Shown here: one piece after another, positions 55,853 through 64,000 of the stretch
Layout of the letters: every line of letters starts with the position of its first letter
Numbering within the stretch: the first letter of the stretch is position 1
Origin: an uncultured Vampirovibrio sp.
GTDB taxonomy: Bacteria; Cyanobacteriota; Vampirovibrionia; Gastranaerophilales; Gastranaerophilaceae
Assembly (NCBI GenBank): GCA_910577515.1
Contig: CAJTLW010000006.1
Location: forward strand, 46,799-110,798
Length of the DNA: 64,000 nt
Reading direction: 5' to 3'
The notes under the pieces: generated by a model
Told to the model about the DNA's origin: nothing
Seen by the model: only the letters and a program-made list of their open reading frames with translations
Databases searched by the model: none
Translations under genes and position numbers: made by a program

Positions 55853-57370
55853 TTATTGGCTTGTTTTTTCTGACATCTTCATAATACATGCTGAAATATT
55901 TTTTGCAACCCTTGCATCCAATGCATCTGGAATTATATAATTTTCACTAAGCTCTTCTTCATTTACAATTTCAGCCAGAGCAAGCGCCGCTTCAATTTTC
56001 ACCCTGCCATCAATCTTTTTCATTCCGCTTTCTAAAACCCCACTAAAAAGCCCCGGAAAAACAAGCGAATTGTTTATCTGGTTGTTAAAATCGCTTCTGC
56101 CTGATGCCGCAATTTTTGCACCTGCTTTAAGCGCCTCATCCGGCAATATTTCAGGTTCAGGGTTTGCAATTGCAAACACCACAGCATCTTTTGCCATAGA
56201 AGATACCATTTCAGGGCTTAAAACCCCCTTGGCACTTACCCCTATAAAAATATCAGCACCTTTGATACCATCTTTTAAACTGCCCTTAAAATCTTCAAAA
56301 TTAGTTATTTCGGCCATTTTTTCAAGCGATGGGTCGTTTTCTTTTCTGCCTCTGTATACAACACCAAATTTATCAAACATTAAAATCCCATTCCCGCCTT
56401 TTTTTTCAGGATTGATAAATTCTCTCATTTTAATTAAAAGCTTGCAAATGGCTTGCCCTGCAGCACCTGCGCCTGAAAAAACAATCTTTACACAAGCTAA
56501 ATCTTTACTAACAACCTTCATGGCATTTAAAAGCCCCGCCAACACTACAATTGCCGTCCCGTGCTGGTCGTCATGGAATACAGGAATATTAAGCGAATTA
56601 ATTAAATTTTCTTCAATCCCAAAGCACCTTGGCGCACTGATATCTTCAAGGTTTACCCCTGAAAAAGAATTTTCCAATAAATATACAATCCGCTCAATTT
56701 CAGACGCTGTCTGTGTTTTCAGGCAAAGAGGCATGGCGTTCACACACCCTAAATCCTTGAATAATACGGCCTTCCCCTCCATCACAGGAAGCCCTGCTTC
56801 AGCCCCGATGTTTCCCAAACCAAGAACTGCACTGCCATCTGATATTATAGCAACAGGTTTCATGGAATTAGAAAACATGCCGGGTATTTCAACTACTTTG
56901 GTTTCTATCACCCCGCCAAGAAGCCGTCTTAATTCAACAGGCTCCATTGTTTCAAACTTCATATCATCTGATAAAAGGCATCCTTTGCTTCTTTTCGGGA
57001 TATCAAAAGCGCTATCATAGGCTCTGCCTTCAATAAGTGCTGTATCTACCCCCATAAAATTCGGCATAATATTTTGAATTACAAAATCAATCTCGCCTTC
57101 TTTAAGCTCTTTTTCTTTAATAGCAAGGGGATAGACGTCAACCCCGTATGTTTCTTTCAAATATATAGCGCGCTTCAAGCTTTCAAAATAGTCAAAAGAT
57201 AATACGCCAACAGAATTTGACCTGTTTGTTAAATCAAAAACCTTATCATAGTCTTCATAAATTGCACTGCTGCTTTTTGCAACTCCGGGAGTATAAACAA
57301 GTGCCAGAAGCTTTTTACTGTCAACTTTAACCTTTGAAACTATCTCAAGCGTTTTCATCTTTTGCTCCAA
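55853..57370 (-). CDS. NAD(P)-dependent malic enzyme with an inserted degenerate duplicate segment
   Basis: YTPGVA, SDGSAVLGLGNIGAEAGLPVMEGKAVLFK, FHDDQHGTAIV, GAGAAG and ANPEPEI are present. An extra ~110 aa lies between YTPGVA and the SDG...GLGNIG block. Confidence 0.88.
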   Translation of the reverse strand: MEQKMKTLEIVSKVKVDSKKLLALVYTPGVAKSSSAIYEDYDKVFDLTNRSNSVGVLSFDYFESLKRAIYLKETYGVDVYPLAIKEKELKEGEIDFVIQNIMPNFMGVDTALIEGRAYDSAFDIPKRSKGCLLSDDMKFETMEPVELRRLLGGVIETKVVEIPGMFSNSMKPVAIISDGSAVLGLGNIGAEAGLPVMEGKAVLFKDLGCVNAMPLCLKTQTASEIERIVYLLENSFSGVNLEDISAPRCFGIEENLINSLNIPVFHDDQHGTAIVVLAGLLNAMKVVSKDLACVKIVFSGAGAAGQAICKLLIKMREFINPEKKGGNGILMFDKFGVVYRGRKENDPSLEKMAEITNFEDFKGSLKDGIKGADIFIGVSAKGVLSPEMVSSMAKDAVVFAIANPEPEILPDEALKAGAKIAASGRSDFNNQINNSLVFPGLFSGVLESGMKKIDGRVKIEAALALAEIVNEEELSENYIIPDALDARVAKNISACIMKMSEKTSQ

Positions 57371-57384
57371 AACCTCTATAGTAT

Positions 57385-58014
57385 TTATCTTACCTTGTTT
57401 TCTTCACCCTTCATAAGACGTTTAATATTTTCCCTGTGAAGATAAGTCACATAAATAGCTGCAATAGCGCAATAAATAACATACGCAGCCGGTGCTTTAA
57501 ACAGATACATTAAAACCGGCGATAAAAGAAGCGTAATTATTGAACCTACTGAAACGTATTTTGTAAAATAAGTAATAATACTCCAGATTATAGCTAAAAT
57601 TAGCCCCACTTGCCAGTTTAGCGCTAAAATTGTACCAACACCGCTTGCAACTGATTTTCCGCCTTTCCCGCCTAAAAACACAGGCTTAGAATGCCCTATT
57701 ATTACAAAAACAGCCGCAATAACAGGATAAATGCCAAATACATTATAATCAGATGAAAAATACCCAGCTGCAACAACAGGCAAAGCCCCTTTTATGGCAT
57801 CTAGAAGCATTACAATAAAAAACCATTTTTTGCCCAAGACCCGCTTGACATTAGTGGCTCCTGTAGAGCCTGAGCCTACTTCTCTGATATCTTGTCCTGT
57901 TTTTGCTTTTACTATCAAATATCCTGTCGGAATTGACCCTATCAAATATGCTGTAACTGCATAAATTGCACCCAAAATAGCTGATATGCCTATCATTCCT
58001 AAAGAATTAAACAT
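57385..58014 (-). CDS. plsY: Glycerol-3-phosphate acyltransferase PlsY
   Basis: GSIPTGYLIVK, GSGSTGATNV and GGKGGKSVA are present. Confidence 0.9.
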   Translation of the reverse strand: MFNSLGMIGISAILGAIYAVTAYLIGSIPTGYLIVKAKTGQDIREVGSGSTGATNVKRVLGKKWFFIVMLLDAIKGALPVVAAGYFSSDYNVFGIYPVIAAVFVIIGHSKPVFLGGKGGKSVASGVGTILALNWQVGLILAIIWSIITYFTKYVSVGSIITLLLSPVLMYLFKAPAAYVIYCAIAAIYVTYLHRENIKRLMKGEENKVR

Positions 58015-59342
58015 TATTTATCACCTTTCTCTTTTCTCTCCCTGAAAGACAGGCGTATCGGCGTTCCGAAAAATCCAAAAGCCTCTCTCAGTTTCTTTAA
58101 AAGATACCTTTTATAAGAATCTTTGATTAAATCTTTATTATTCACAAACAAAACAAATGTAGGCGGTCTGTTTTTCACCTGTGTAGAGTAATAAATTTTT
58201 GCAAATTTTCCTTTGATTGAATTTGGAGGATTAAGCGCCACTGCCTCATTTATAACCTTATTTAAAAGCCCGGTTTGAACACGTTTATCTCTCTGTTCGG
58301 CCACTTCTGTTGCTGTTTCAAAAATCTGGTTAAGCCTTTGCCCTGTTTTTGCACTTATAAATATTTTCTTTGCATAGTTTAAGAAGGGTGCATCCTCTTC
58401 AATTTGCTTTTCAAGCTTATGCGTCTGCACGTTTTTAATCAAATCCCATTTATTAAACGCTACAATCAGCCCACAGCCTGCTTCTTCAATAGTTTGCGCT
58501 ATCTTTTTATCCTGGTCAGTCATCCCCTCAACCGCATCAATCACCAAAAGCGCCACATCTGCTTCCCTTATTGCCCTTATAGCGCGGTCAACAGCAAACG
58601 CCTCCACCCCGTAATCCACCTTGGATTTCTTTCTAATGCCCGCTGTATCTATTAAAATAAACTCTTTATCTTTATAAATAACTTCAGAATTTATACTATC
58701 CCTTGTGGTGCCTGAAACAGGCGATACTATTGCTCTGTTTTCATTTAATAAATTATTCAAAATAGAACTTTTTCCGGCGTTCGGTTTCCCTACGATTGCT
58801 ATTTTTACAGCGCCTTCATCCTCGTTTTGGTCTGATTTTTTTTCAATATCTTTTGTAACCAAATCAAGTAAATCTCCAACCCCGCCCGAGCCATGAAGAG
58901 CTGATAAACCTAAGGGTTCCCCTATACCAAGTGCGTAAAAATCAGATATATTACCAATTTCAGACATACTATCCATTTTATTTGCAACAAGAATAACTTC
59001 TTTGCCTGATTGTCTTAAAATATTTGCTATATCTCTGTCATAAGGACTTAAGCCGGCTTTTGCATCCACCACAAATAAAATAGTATCTGCTTCTTCAACT
59101 GCAAGCTTGGCTTGAGAAAATATATTGTTAACAAATTCATCTTCATCATTTGTCACAATCCCGCCCGTATCAATCAATACAAACTCTCTATCCTGCCAGA
59201 CCGCATCAAAATATATCCTATCGCGCGTAACACCCGGCATATCATCAACAATAGAGCGTCTCTCCCCTAAAATTCTATTAATAAGGGTGGATTTTCCAAC
59301 ATTCGGCCTGCCTACAACAGCTATAAATTTACTCTTTTTCAT
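58014..59342 (-). CDS. der: Ribosome-associated GTPase Der (EngA)
   Basis: Two G domains (GRPNVGKST / GKPNAGKSS, DTGG / DTAG, NKMD / NKWD) and a KH-like C terminus. One-nt overlap with plsY (TAATG). Confidence 0.93.
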   Translation of the reverse strand: MKKSKFIAVVGRPNVGKSTLINRILGERRSIVDDMPGVTRDRIYFDAVWQDREFVLIDTGGIVTNDEDEFVNNIFSQAKLAVEEADTILFVVDAKAGLSPYDRDIANILRQSGKEVILVANKMDSMSEIGNISDFYALGIGEPLGLSALHGSGGVGDLLDLVTKDIEKKSDQNEDEGAVKIAIVGKPNAGKSSILNNLLNENRAIVSPVSGTTRDSINSEVIYKDKEFILIDTAGIRKKSKVDYGVEAFAVDRAIRAIREADVALLVIDAVEGMTDQDKKIAQTIEEAGCGLIVAFNKWDLIKNVQTHKLEKQIEEDAPFLNYAKKIFISAKTGQRLNQIFETATEVAEQRDKRVQTGLLNKVINEAVALNPPNSIKGKFAKIYYSTQVKNRPPTFVLFVNNKDLIKDSYKRYLLKKLREAFGFFGTPIRLSFRERKEKGDK

Positions 59343-59372
59343 AAAACCGATTTTACCATAGAAAAAGAAAAA

Positions 59373-59402
59373 TTAAAAAAAGGGTGCTATAAAACACCCT
59401 TT
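59373..59402 (-). terminator. Intrinsic terminator after 59422..60246
   Basis: On the minus strand: AAAGGGTG ttttatag CACCCTTT followed by a T run. Confidence 0.6.
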
Positions 59403-59421
59403 AATCAATATGCAATTTGTT

Positions 59422-60246
59422 TCAATATTCTTTTTTGTTCACAGAACCGTCAGAACCCGTCACAGTCGAGGAAGTTTTCTTTCCGGCTTCATTATAAAAT
59501 TCTTCAGTTTTTCTGCCGCTTGTATCGTTTTGCATTATTTTTGAATGTACTCTTGTACCAGCTTCATCATAATACAAAGTTTTTATAGTTTGTCCATTAA
59601 TATATTCAGTTTTTGCCCAATACATACCAGCCTTTGTAAGTCCTTTTTCTTTTGGTATAACATCAACCGTTGCATCTGTTTCGGGTTCCACAGGAGCTTG
59701 TGGCTCTTTTATGGGTGCAGTAGTTCCAATTGGTTTTGGCGTTTCTACAGGTGCAGTCTCTTTATTAAGTGCCTCATCTTTTTGTGGTATCGGCTGTACC
59801 TCAATAGGAGCAGTTGTAGTTTCAGGTACAGGAGCTTCTTCAGCTTTTTTTACAAGCACACCTGTTGAATCATATTGGTTTCCTGTCACATCATAACGGT
59901 TCAATTCTCTGCCATCTTTATCAAACACCATAATAAAAATTTCATCAGATGCACCTATACCCTCTCTTTTTACAGGCACATTATATCTTCCGTTTGCATC
60001 AATAGTTGCCTTGCCTGCAGCTTTAAGTATGCTTTTTTCGCCATTTGGAGCAGTCCATACCTTTTCATAGTTTCGAAAATTTGCTTCCCATTTCTCTGTC
60101 ACGTTATCATTTATGGTGTAGCCATCAGCTTTATATGTGGTTTTTGTAGTCACACCATCTGTTGTTTCTAAACTATGCGTGTTTTTAATTATGCCATTTG
60201 TGTCCATTGTTGTGAAAATAGATTGCGAAGTGGAAGATGCAGACAC
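59422..60246 (-). CDS. Hypothetical protein with central Pro/Thr/Glu-rich linker
   Basis: 274 aa, GTG start. Two Lys/Thr/Gly-rich beta-like halves are joined by PVPETTTAPIEVQPIPQ...KEPQAPVEPE. Confidence 0.5.
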   Translation of the reverse strand: MSASSTSQSIFTTMDTNGIIKNTHSLETTDGVTTKTTYKADGYTINDNVTEKWEANFRNYEKVWTAPNGEKSILKAAGKATIDANGRYNVPVKREGIGASDEIFIMVFDKDGRELNRYDVTGNQYDSTGVLVKKAEEAPVPETTTAPIEVQPIPQKDEALNKETAPVETPKPIGTTAPIKEPQAPVEPETDATVDVIPKEKGLTKAGMYWAKTEYINGQTIKTLYYDEAGTRVHSKIMQNDTSGRKTEEFYNEAGKKTSSTVTGSDGSVNKKEY

Positions 60247-60304
60247 TTTATCTTCTTTTTACCCATAGAGCCTAAAACCTTTAAAGCAATACTGAAAAAA
60301 CCGG

Positions 60305-60552
60305 TTAAAAACCTTCTGGTTCAAATTCTTCAATATTTTCATCCAAAAGCTCATTATTCGACACATTATTGTCATCTGTATCAAATAAACCACCACTATT
60401 GTTTACTTTTTTGTATCATTATCCCCACTAAATAAATCGGTTGATTTTTCAGCTCTATTTGCCTTGTTTCCTTCTGATGATTTTTCAGCAGGTGCATTTT
60501 TTGTTTCAATACTCTTTAATAAGTCCGATAAAAGTGTAGTTAATCCTTTCAC
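60305..60552 (-). CDS. Small ORF split by a stop right after an A_AAA_AAG heptamer (possible -1 frameshift or pseudogene)
   Basis: GTG at 60552 with SD-like AAGGAA. The 49 codons end ...GAT ACA AAA AAG TAA (stop at 60403-60405). The -1 frame stays open for 33 more codons to TAA at 60305-60307. Confidence 0.3.
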
Positions 60553-60665
60553 TTTGTTTCCTTTCTAAAGTAATATTCTATATAAATGAGTCAACGGCTC
60601 TTTTTATTATTTTACTGAGAATTTGAAAAAACCAAAGTTACAAAACTTTACTAAAAATCTAAAAT

Positions 60666-61529
60666 TTACAATAATTTTTTTAAAATAAAATAAATAAATT
60701 TATGAAAAATATTCGGGTTTTTATATTGTATTACAGGGCGTTTCCAGTTCCCATTCAAAATTATCCCGACATATTCTTTTTTATAATTTTCAAATTTTAT
60801 ATTTCTAAACCTTGCAAAATGATATTCCACCCTTGAATGAAATGTTTTAAAGAAAGGCTCCACTGCCATTTCAGGCACAAGACCGCATTTTTGAAACCAC
60901 GCATTATACCAGGTAAATTCAAGCGGTGAAATTTTTATTAAATCCTTATAAGACAGGTCTTTTGGCGCCATAAAATCATTTTTTAAAGATTTCATTACTT
61001 TTGAATTTATAACCTGCATCCCCTGACATGTGCGAAACCGCCTATCTTCAAGCCCAACAGCCATAAATATTTTTTCAATCCACTCTTTCCTTTTTGCGGT
61101 AAATCTTCTGTAAAATTTTTCACAGAAAAGTTCTTTTTCCATAACAAGCACTGTATAAGGGGTTTTGGAGTCAGCCATAAAATCTTTTATATAAAAATCT
61201 CTGATAAACTGCACATCAGAATCCAAACAAAGATAATTTTCCGCATATCCCGCTTCAAAAAAGGCTAATTTGCAAATCTCTTGATTAATATATCCAATCG
61301 AATATCTTGAATATTTTTCGGTTTCAAAGTATTGTCCGGCAAAGCTTTCATCCGTTATCAATTTAACATTGCCGCCATCAAATTCCTTAAACAGTTCAAA
61401 ATCCGCTTCAGGAACGCTTACAAAAAATTTTATATTATCTTTATTAAATTTTTCAAAAGACGCCAAAAGCCTTTTAAAGCTTTTAAAATCTTTGTTATAG
61501 GTTTTGCAATATAAAGAGAAGTTTTCCAC
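60666..61529 (-). CDS. Putative GT-A-like glycosyltransferase (DxD: CLDSD)
   Basis: 287 aa, GTG start at 61529. The N-terminal beta-alpha pattern (FFVSVPEADFELF) and LCLDSDVQF resemble nucleotide-sugar transferases. This assignment is tentative. Confidence 0.45.
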   Translation of the reverse strand: MENFSLYCKTYNKDFKSFKRLLASFEKFNKDNIKFFVSVPEADFELFKEFDGGNVKLITDESFAGQYFETEKYSRYSIGYINQEICKLAFFEAGYAENYLCLDSDVQFIRDFYIKDFMADSKTPYTVLVMEKELFCEKFYRRFTAKRKEWIEKIFMAVGLEDRRFRTCQGMQVINSKVMKSLKNDFMAPKDLSYKDLIKISPLEFTWYNAWFQKCGLVPEMAVEPFFKTFHSRVEYHFARFRNIKFENYKKEYVGIILNGNWKRPVIQYKNPNIFHKFIYFILKKLL

Positions 61530-61534
61530 TTTTA

Positions 61535-61545
61535 CCCCCCCCCCC
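61535..61545 (-). repeat. Homopolymeric G11 (C11 on + strand) tract 5 nt upstream of the GTG start
   Basis: The + strand reads tttaCCCCCCCCCCCgg. On the gene strand it reads GGGGGGGGGGG TAAAA GTG. Confidence 0.95.
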
Positions 61546-61641
61546 GGTTAAAACCGGAGTTTGAGGTAAATTATTAATAAATTTCATAAAACCATTTTAT
61601 AACAAAAAATTTTATTGCGCGGTTTTTAAACAGCAAACCTA

Positions 61642-61670
61642 TTGACAATAATAATTGTTTCTATTACAAT
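61642..61670 (+). promoter_or_regulatory. Near-consensus sigma-70 promoter (TTGACA-17 nt-TACAAT)
   Basis: TTGACA at 61642-61647 and TACAAT at 61665-61670, upstream of the small ORF 61724..61921. Confidence 0.6.
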
Positions 61671-61723
61671 TGTAGGGCTGAACTTGGCAAAAGTACAGCA
61701 AAACTAAGGAACAGGGAGGTTTT

Positions 61724-61921
61724 ATGATACAACCTATCACCTCACATCAAGCTATAGCAGGCGCTACCAGAGTAACAAACCCTGTAACTTTCGGTAACAG
61801 AAGTCAACTTGCCTATCAAAACCAAATGAACCGTTTTGAAAAAGGCGAAAAACTTGATATTAACTGCTGCGGCACGAGAGAATACAGTCTTTGCGGGCAA
61901 AAACTTAATTATCTTGCCTAA
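61724..61921 (+). CDS. Hypothetical 65-aa protein
   Basis: SD GGGAGG lies 5 nt before the ATG. The ORF has its own promoter and terminator. Confidence 0.55.
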   Translation: MIQPITSHQAIAGATRVTNPVTFGNRSQLAYQNQMNRFEKGEKLDINCCGTREYSLCGQKLNYLA

Positions 61922-61946
61922 AAAGTACTGTGTTTAAAGGAAATTC

Positions 61947-61983
61947 GGCGTTTTGTAATTTTTAATTGCAAGGCGCCTTTTTT
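61947..61983 (+). terminator. Intrinsic terminator
   Basis: 12-bp stem GGCGTTTTGTAA / TTGCAAGGCGCC (three G.U pairs), a 7-nt loop and a T6 run. Confidence 0.7.
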
Positions 61984-62000
61984 AATGCTACATTTTACTT

Positions 62001-62660
62001 ATGTTTACAGGCATTATTCAACATATAGGAAGAATTTCCGATATAAAAACTTCAACATCGGGAAAAACAATCAGCGTATCTGTTGATATTAAAGAGTTTC
62101 CAGCATTTAATAGTGTTAAAACAGGCGATTCTATAGCACTAAACGGGGTATGCACAACAGTAATATCCTTATCTGATAACGTTTTTACTGTAAATTTAAT
62201 GAATGAAAGCTTGAAACGCAGTAATTTAGATGCTTTAGAACGTAAAAACCCTGTAAACCTTGAATTGGCAATGAAAGCAGATGGCAGATTTGACGGACAT
62301 ATAGTACAGGGGCATATTGATACCGTTGGTAAAATCCAAAAGATAGCCACAGACGGATTTTCAAAGGTTTTTTCAATAGAGGCTGATACAAAGTATATTG
62401 TTGAAAAGGGGTCAATCACCCTTAACGGCGTAAGTTTAACCGTATCAAAATCTGAAAACCTGTATTTTGAGGTTAGTTTAATCCCGCACACGCTTCAAAA
62501 TACAACTTTTCAATTTTTGAAAGAGGGCGATTTTTTAAACATAGAATATGATATTCTGGCAAAATATATTGAAAAATTTACACTTTTTAAAGATAATAAT
62601 TTTACAGGCAGTTCTTCAAAAAAAATTGATGAGAAATTTTTGCTTGAAAATGGGTTTTAA
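62001..62660 (+). CDS. ribE: Riboflavin synthase (alpha chain)
   Basis: MFTGIIQHIGRI start and duplicated lumazine-binding repeats (GDSIALNGVCTTV / GSITLNGVSLTV). Confidence 0.92.
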   Translation: MFTGIIQHIGRISDIKTSTSGKTISVSVDIKEFPAFNSVKTGDSIALNGVCTTVISLSDNVFTVNLMNESLKRSNLDALERKNPVNLELAMKADGRFDGHIVQGHIDTVGKIQKIATDGFSKVFSIEADTKYIVEKGSITLNGVSLTVSKSENLYFEVSLIPHTLQNTTFQFLKEGDFLNIEYDILAKYIEKFTLFKDNNFTGSSSKKIDEKFLLENGF

Positions 62661-62705
62661 TCCTTTAATAATAGGGGGTTTTACCTCTTTTAAAGGGAGG
62701 AATAA

Positions 62706-63968
62706 ATGACAGAAATTAAATTTAACACAATAGATGAGGCTATAGAAGATTTTAAAGCCGGAAAACCGGTCATAGTAGCGGATGACGAGGACAGAGAAAA
62801 CGAAGGCGATCTGATTTTACCGGCAGATTTTGCAGCGCCAAAATGGATAAACTTTATGGCAACCCATTGCAGGGGGCTGATTTGCCACGCAATAACGCCT
62901 GAAATTGCAGACAGAATAGGTATTTCGCCTATGGTTGAACACAACACTGACGTTAAAGGCACAAACTTCACGGTTTCAGTGGATGCAGACCCCAAATTCG
63001 GCACTACAACAGGAATTTCAGCCTTTGATAGAGCAAAAACAATTGAAGTAATTATCAATAAAGCAGCGACACCAGCGGATTTACGCCGCCCTGGGCATAT
63101 TTTCCCGCTTATTGCAAGGGAAGGCGGGGTTTTAAAGCGCGCAGGCCATACTGAAACTGCCGTAGATTTAGCTCGCCTTGCTGGTTTAACACCATCCGGA
63201 GTAATTTGTGAAATCTTAAACCCCGATGGCACAATGGCAAGAAGAGATGCGCTCTTTGAATTCGCCAAAACCCACAATATAAAGCTAATCACGGTAGCAG
63301 ACCTGATTAAATATCGCATGAAGACTGAACGTCACGTCAAAAGAATGGTTGAAGCACACTTGCCAACTGAATTTGGCGATTTTAAAATTTACGGCTACCT
63401 TGATGAATTAACGGGAGTAGAGCATGTTGCTCTGATTAAAGACACGAAACCCGATAAAACTCCGATTGTTAGAATGCACTCACAGTGCCTCACAGGGGAT
63501 ATTTTTCACAGTTTAAAATGCGACTGCAACCAACAGCTTTTAGACTCGCTAAAGCTTATTAATGATTACGGAAATGGCGCTGTAGTATACATTACAGACC
63601 ATGAAGGCCGGGGAATAGGGCTTATCAACAAGCTTAAGGCGTATAACTTACAGGAAAACGGGCAGGATACCATTGAAGCAAATATTTCCTTAGGGTTTAA
63701 AAGCGATTTAAGAGATTATGGTACAGGGGCGCAAATCCTTGTAGATATTGGCTATCGAGAATTTAAGCTTATTACAAATAACCCGACAAAAATAATAGGC
63801 CTTGAAGGCTATGGGTTAAAAATCATTGATAGAGTAGGTCTGGCACCGAAAATTAACGAATTTAACAAAAGGTATATTGAAACCAAAAAAGAAAAAATGC
63901 ACCATCTATACACTGCACCTGCCACAGAGGATACCGCATCCATAAAACCGGCTTGCAGCTTGAATTAG
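62706..63968 (+). CDS. ribBA: Bifunctional 3,4-dihydroxy-2-butanone-4-phosphate synthase / GTP cyclohydrolase II
   Basis: DDEDRENEGDL and HTE blocks (RibB half), then RMHSQCLTGD...CDC...HEGRGIGL (RibA half). Confidence 0.93.
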   Translation: MTEIKFNTIDEAIEDFKAGKPVIVADDEDRENEGDLILPADFAAPKWINFMATHCRGLICHAITPEIADRIGISPMVEHNTDVKGTNFTVSVDADPKFGTTTGISAFDRAKTIEVIINKAATPADLRRPGHIFPLIAREGGVLKRAGHTETAVDLARLAGLTPSGVICEILNPDGTMARRDALFEFAKTHNIKLITVADLIKYRMKTERHVKRMVEAHLPTEFGDFKIYGYLDELTGVEHVALIKDTKPDKTPIVRMHSQCLTGDIFHSLKCDCNQQLLDSLKLINDYGNGAVVYITDHEGRGIGLINKLKAYNLQENGQDTIEANISLGFKSDLRDYGTGAQILVDIGYREFKLITNNPTKIIGLEGYGLKIIDRVGLAPKINEFNKRYIETKKEKMHHLYTAPATEDTASIKPACSLN

Positions 63969-64000
63969 CAGAATATTTGTTAATTTATAAGTGTTTATGA

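Noticed and set aside
56070-57020. 316-aa ORF on the + strand
   Set aside because: It is fully antisense to the well-supported malic enzyme gene. Its translation is Ser/Pro/Ala/Ile-rich low complexity with no motif, which is typical of a shadow ORF.
61530-62000. FMN (RFN) riboswitch upstream of ribE/ribBA
   Set aside because: I could not find the conserved GGGTGAAATTCC / CCGACAGT / GGATGGGAGA-type blocks. The space is occupied by a promoter, a small ORF and a terminator.
62690-63319. 209-aa ORF on the - strand
   Set aside because: It is antisense to ribBA, whose product has unmistakable RibB/RibA motifs. Shadow ORF.
1-64000. Alternative genetic code (TGA or TAG reassignment)
   Set aside because: Housekeeping ORFs are full length under the standard code, and the prfB frameshift site uses TGA as a genuine stop.

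Overview
AT-rich (by eye about one-third G+C), tightly packed bacterial chromosomal window with roughly 60 protein genes. I found no rRNA, tRNA or CRISPR array. Most of it is housekeeping: cysS (partial), purA, malQ, apt, prfB with its programmed +1 frameshift, hisS, glgA, ruvA, bioB, ssb, pnp, polA, priA, an AddAB-like helicase/nuclease pair, an isolated rpsE-rpmD-rplO-secY-adk-map block, malic enzyme, plsY, der, ribE and ribBA. Flagellar markers (flhB, a sigma-28-like factor) and envelope glycosylation genes (GT10, GT2, GT39-like) are also present. The unusual material sits mainly at 25.7-37.1 kb. It comprises three small XRE-like HTH genes, each divergent from a cargo; two long nested-hairpin elements sharing a 59-nt module; a CHASE2-GGDEF cyclase; and an 881-aa glycine-rich and cysteine-rich protein with a prepilin-type motif, bracketed by copies of a palindromic repeat, one of which is translated in frame in its leader. 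Other items worth a second look are a G11 tract that sets the reading frame at the 5' end of a putative glycosyltransferase, a type I toxin-like 24-codon ORF with a sequestered SD, a helicase carrying a degenerate plus an intact SF1 module in one polypeptide, an HExxH/non-HExxH secreted paralog pair, an Hcp-like protein lacking most cluster ligands, and a malic enzyme with an internal degenerate duplication. Taxon cannot be assigned without a database search. All calls rest on motif recognition by eye, and coordinates of small elements were counted by hand.
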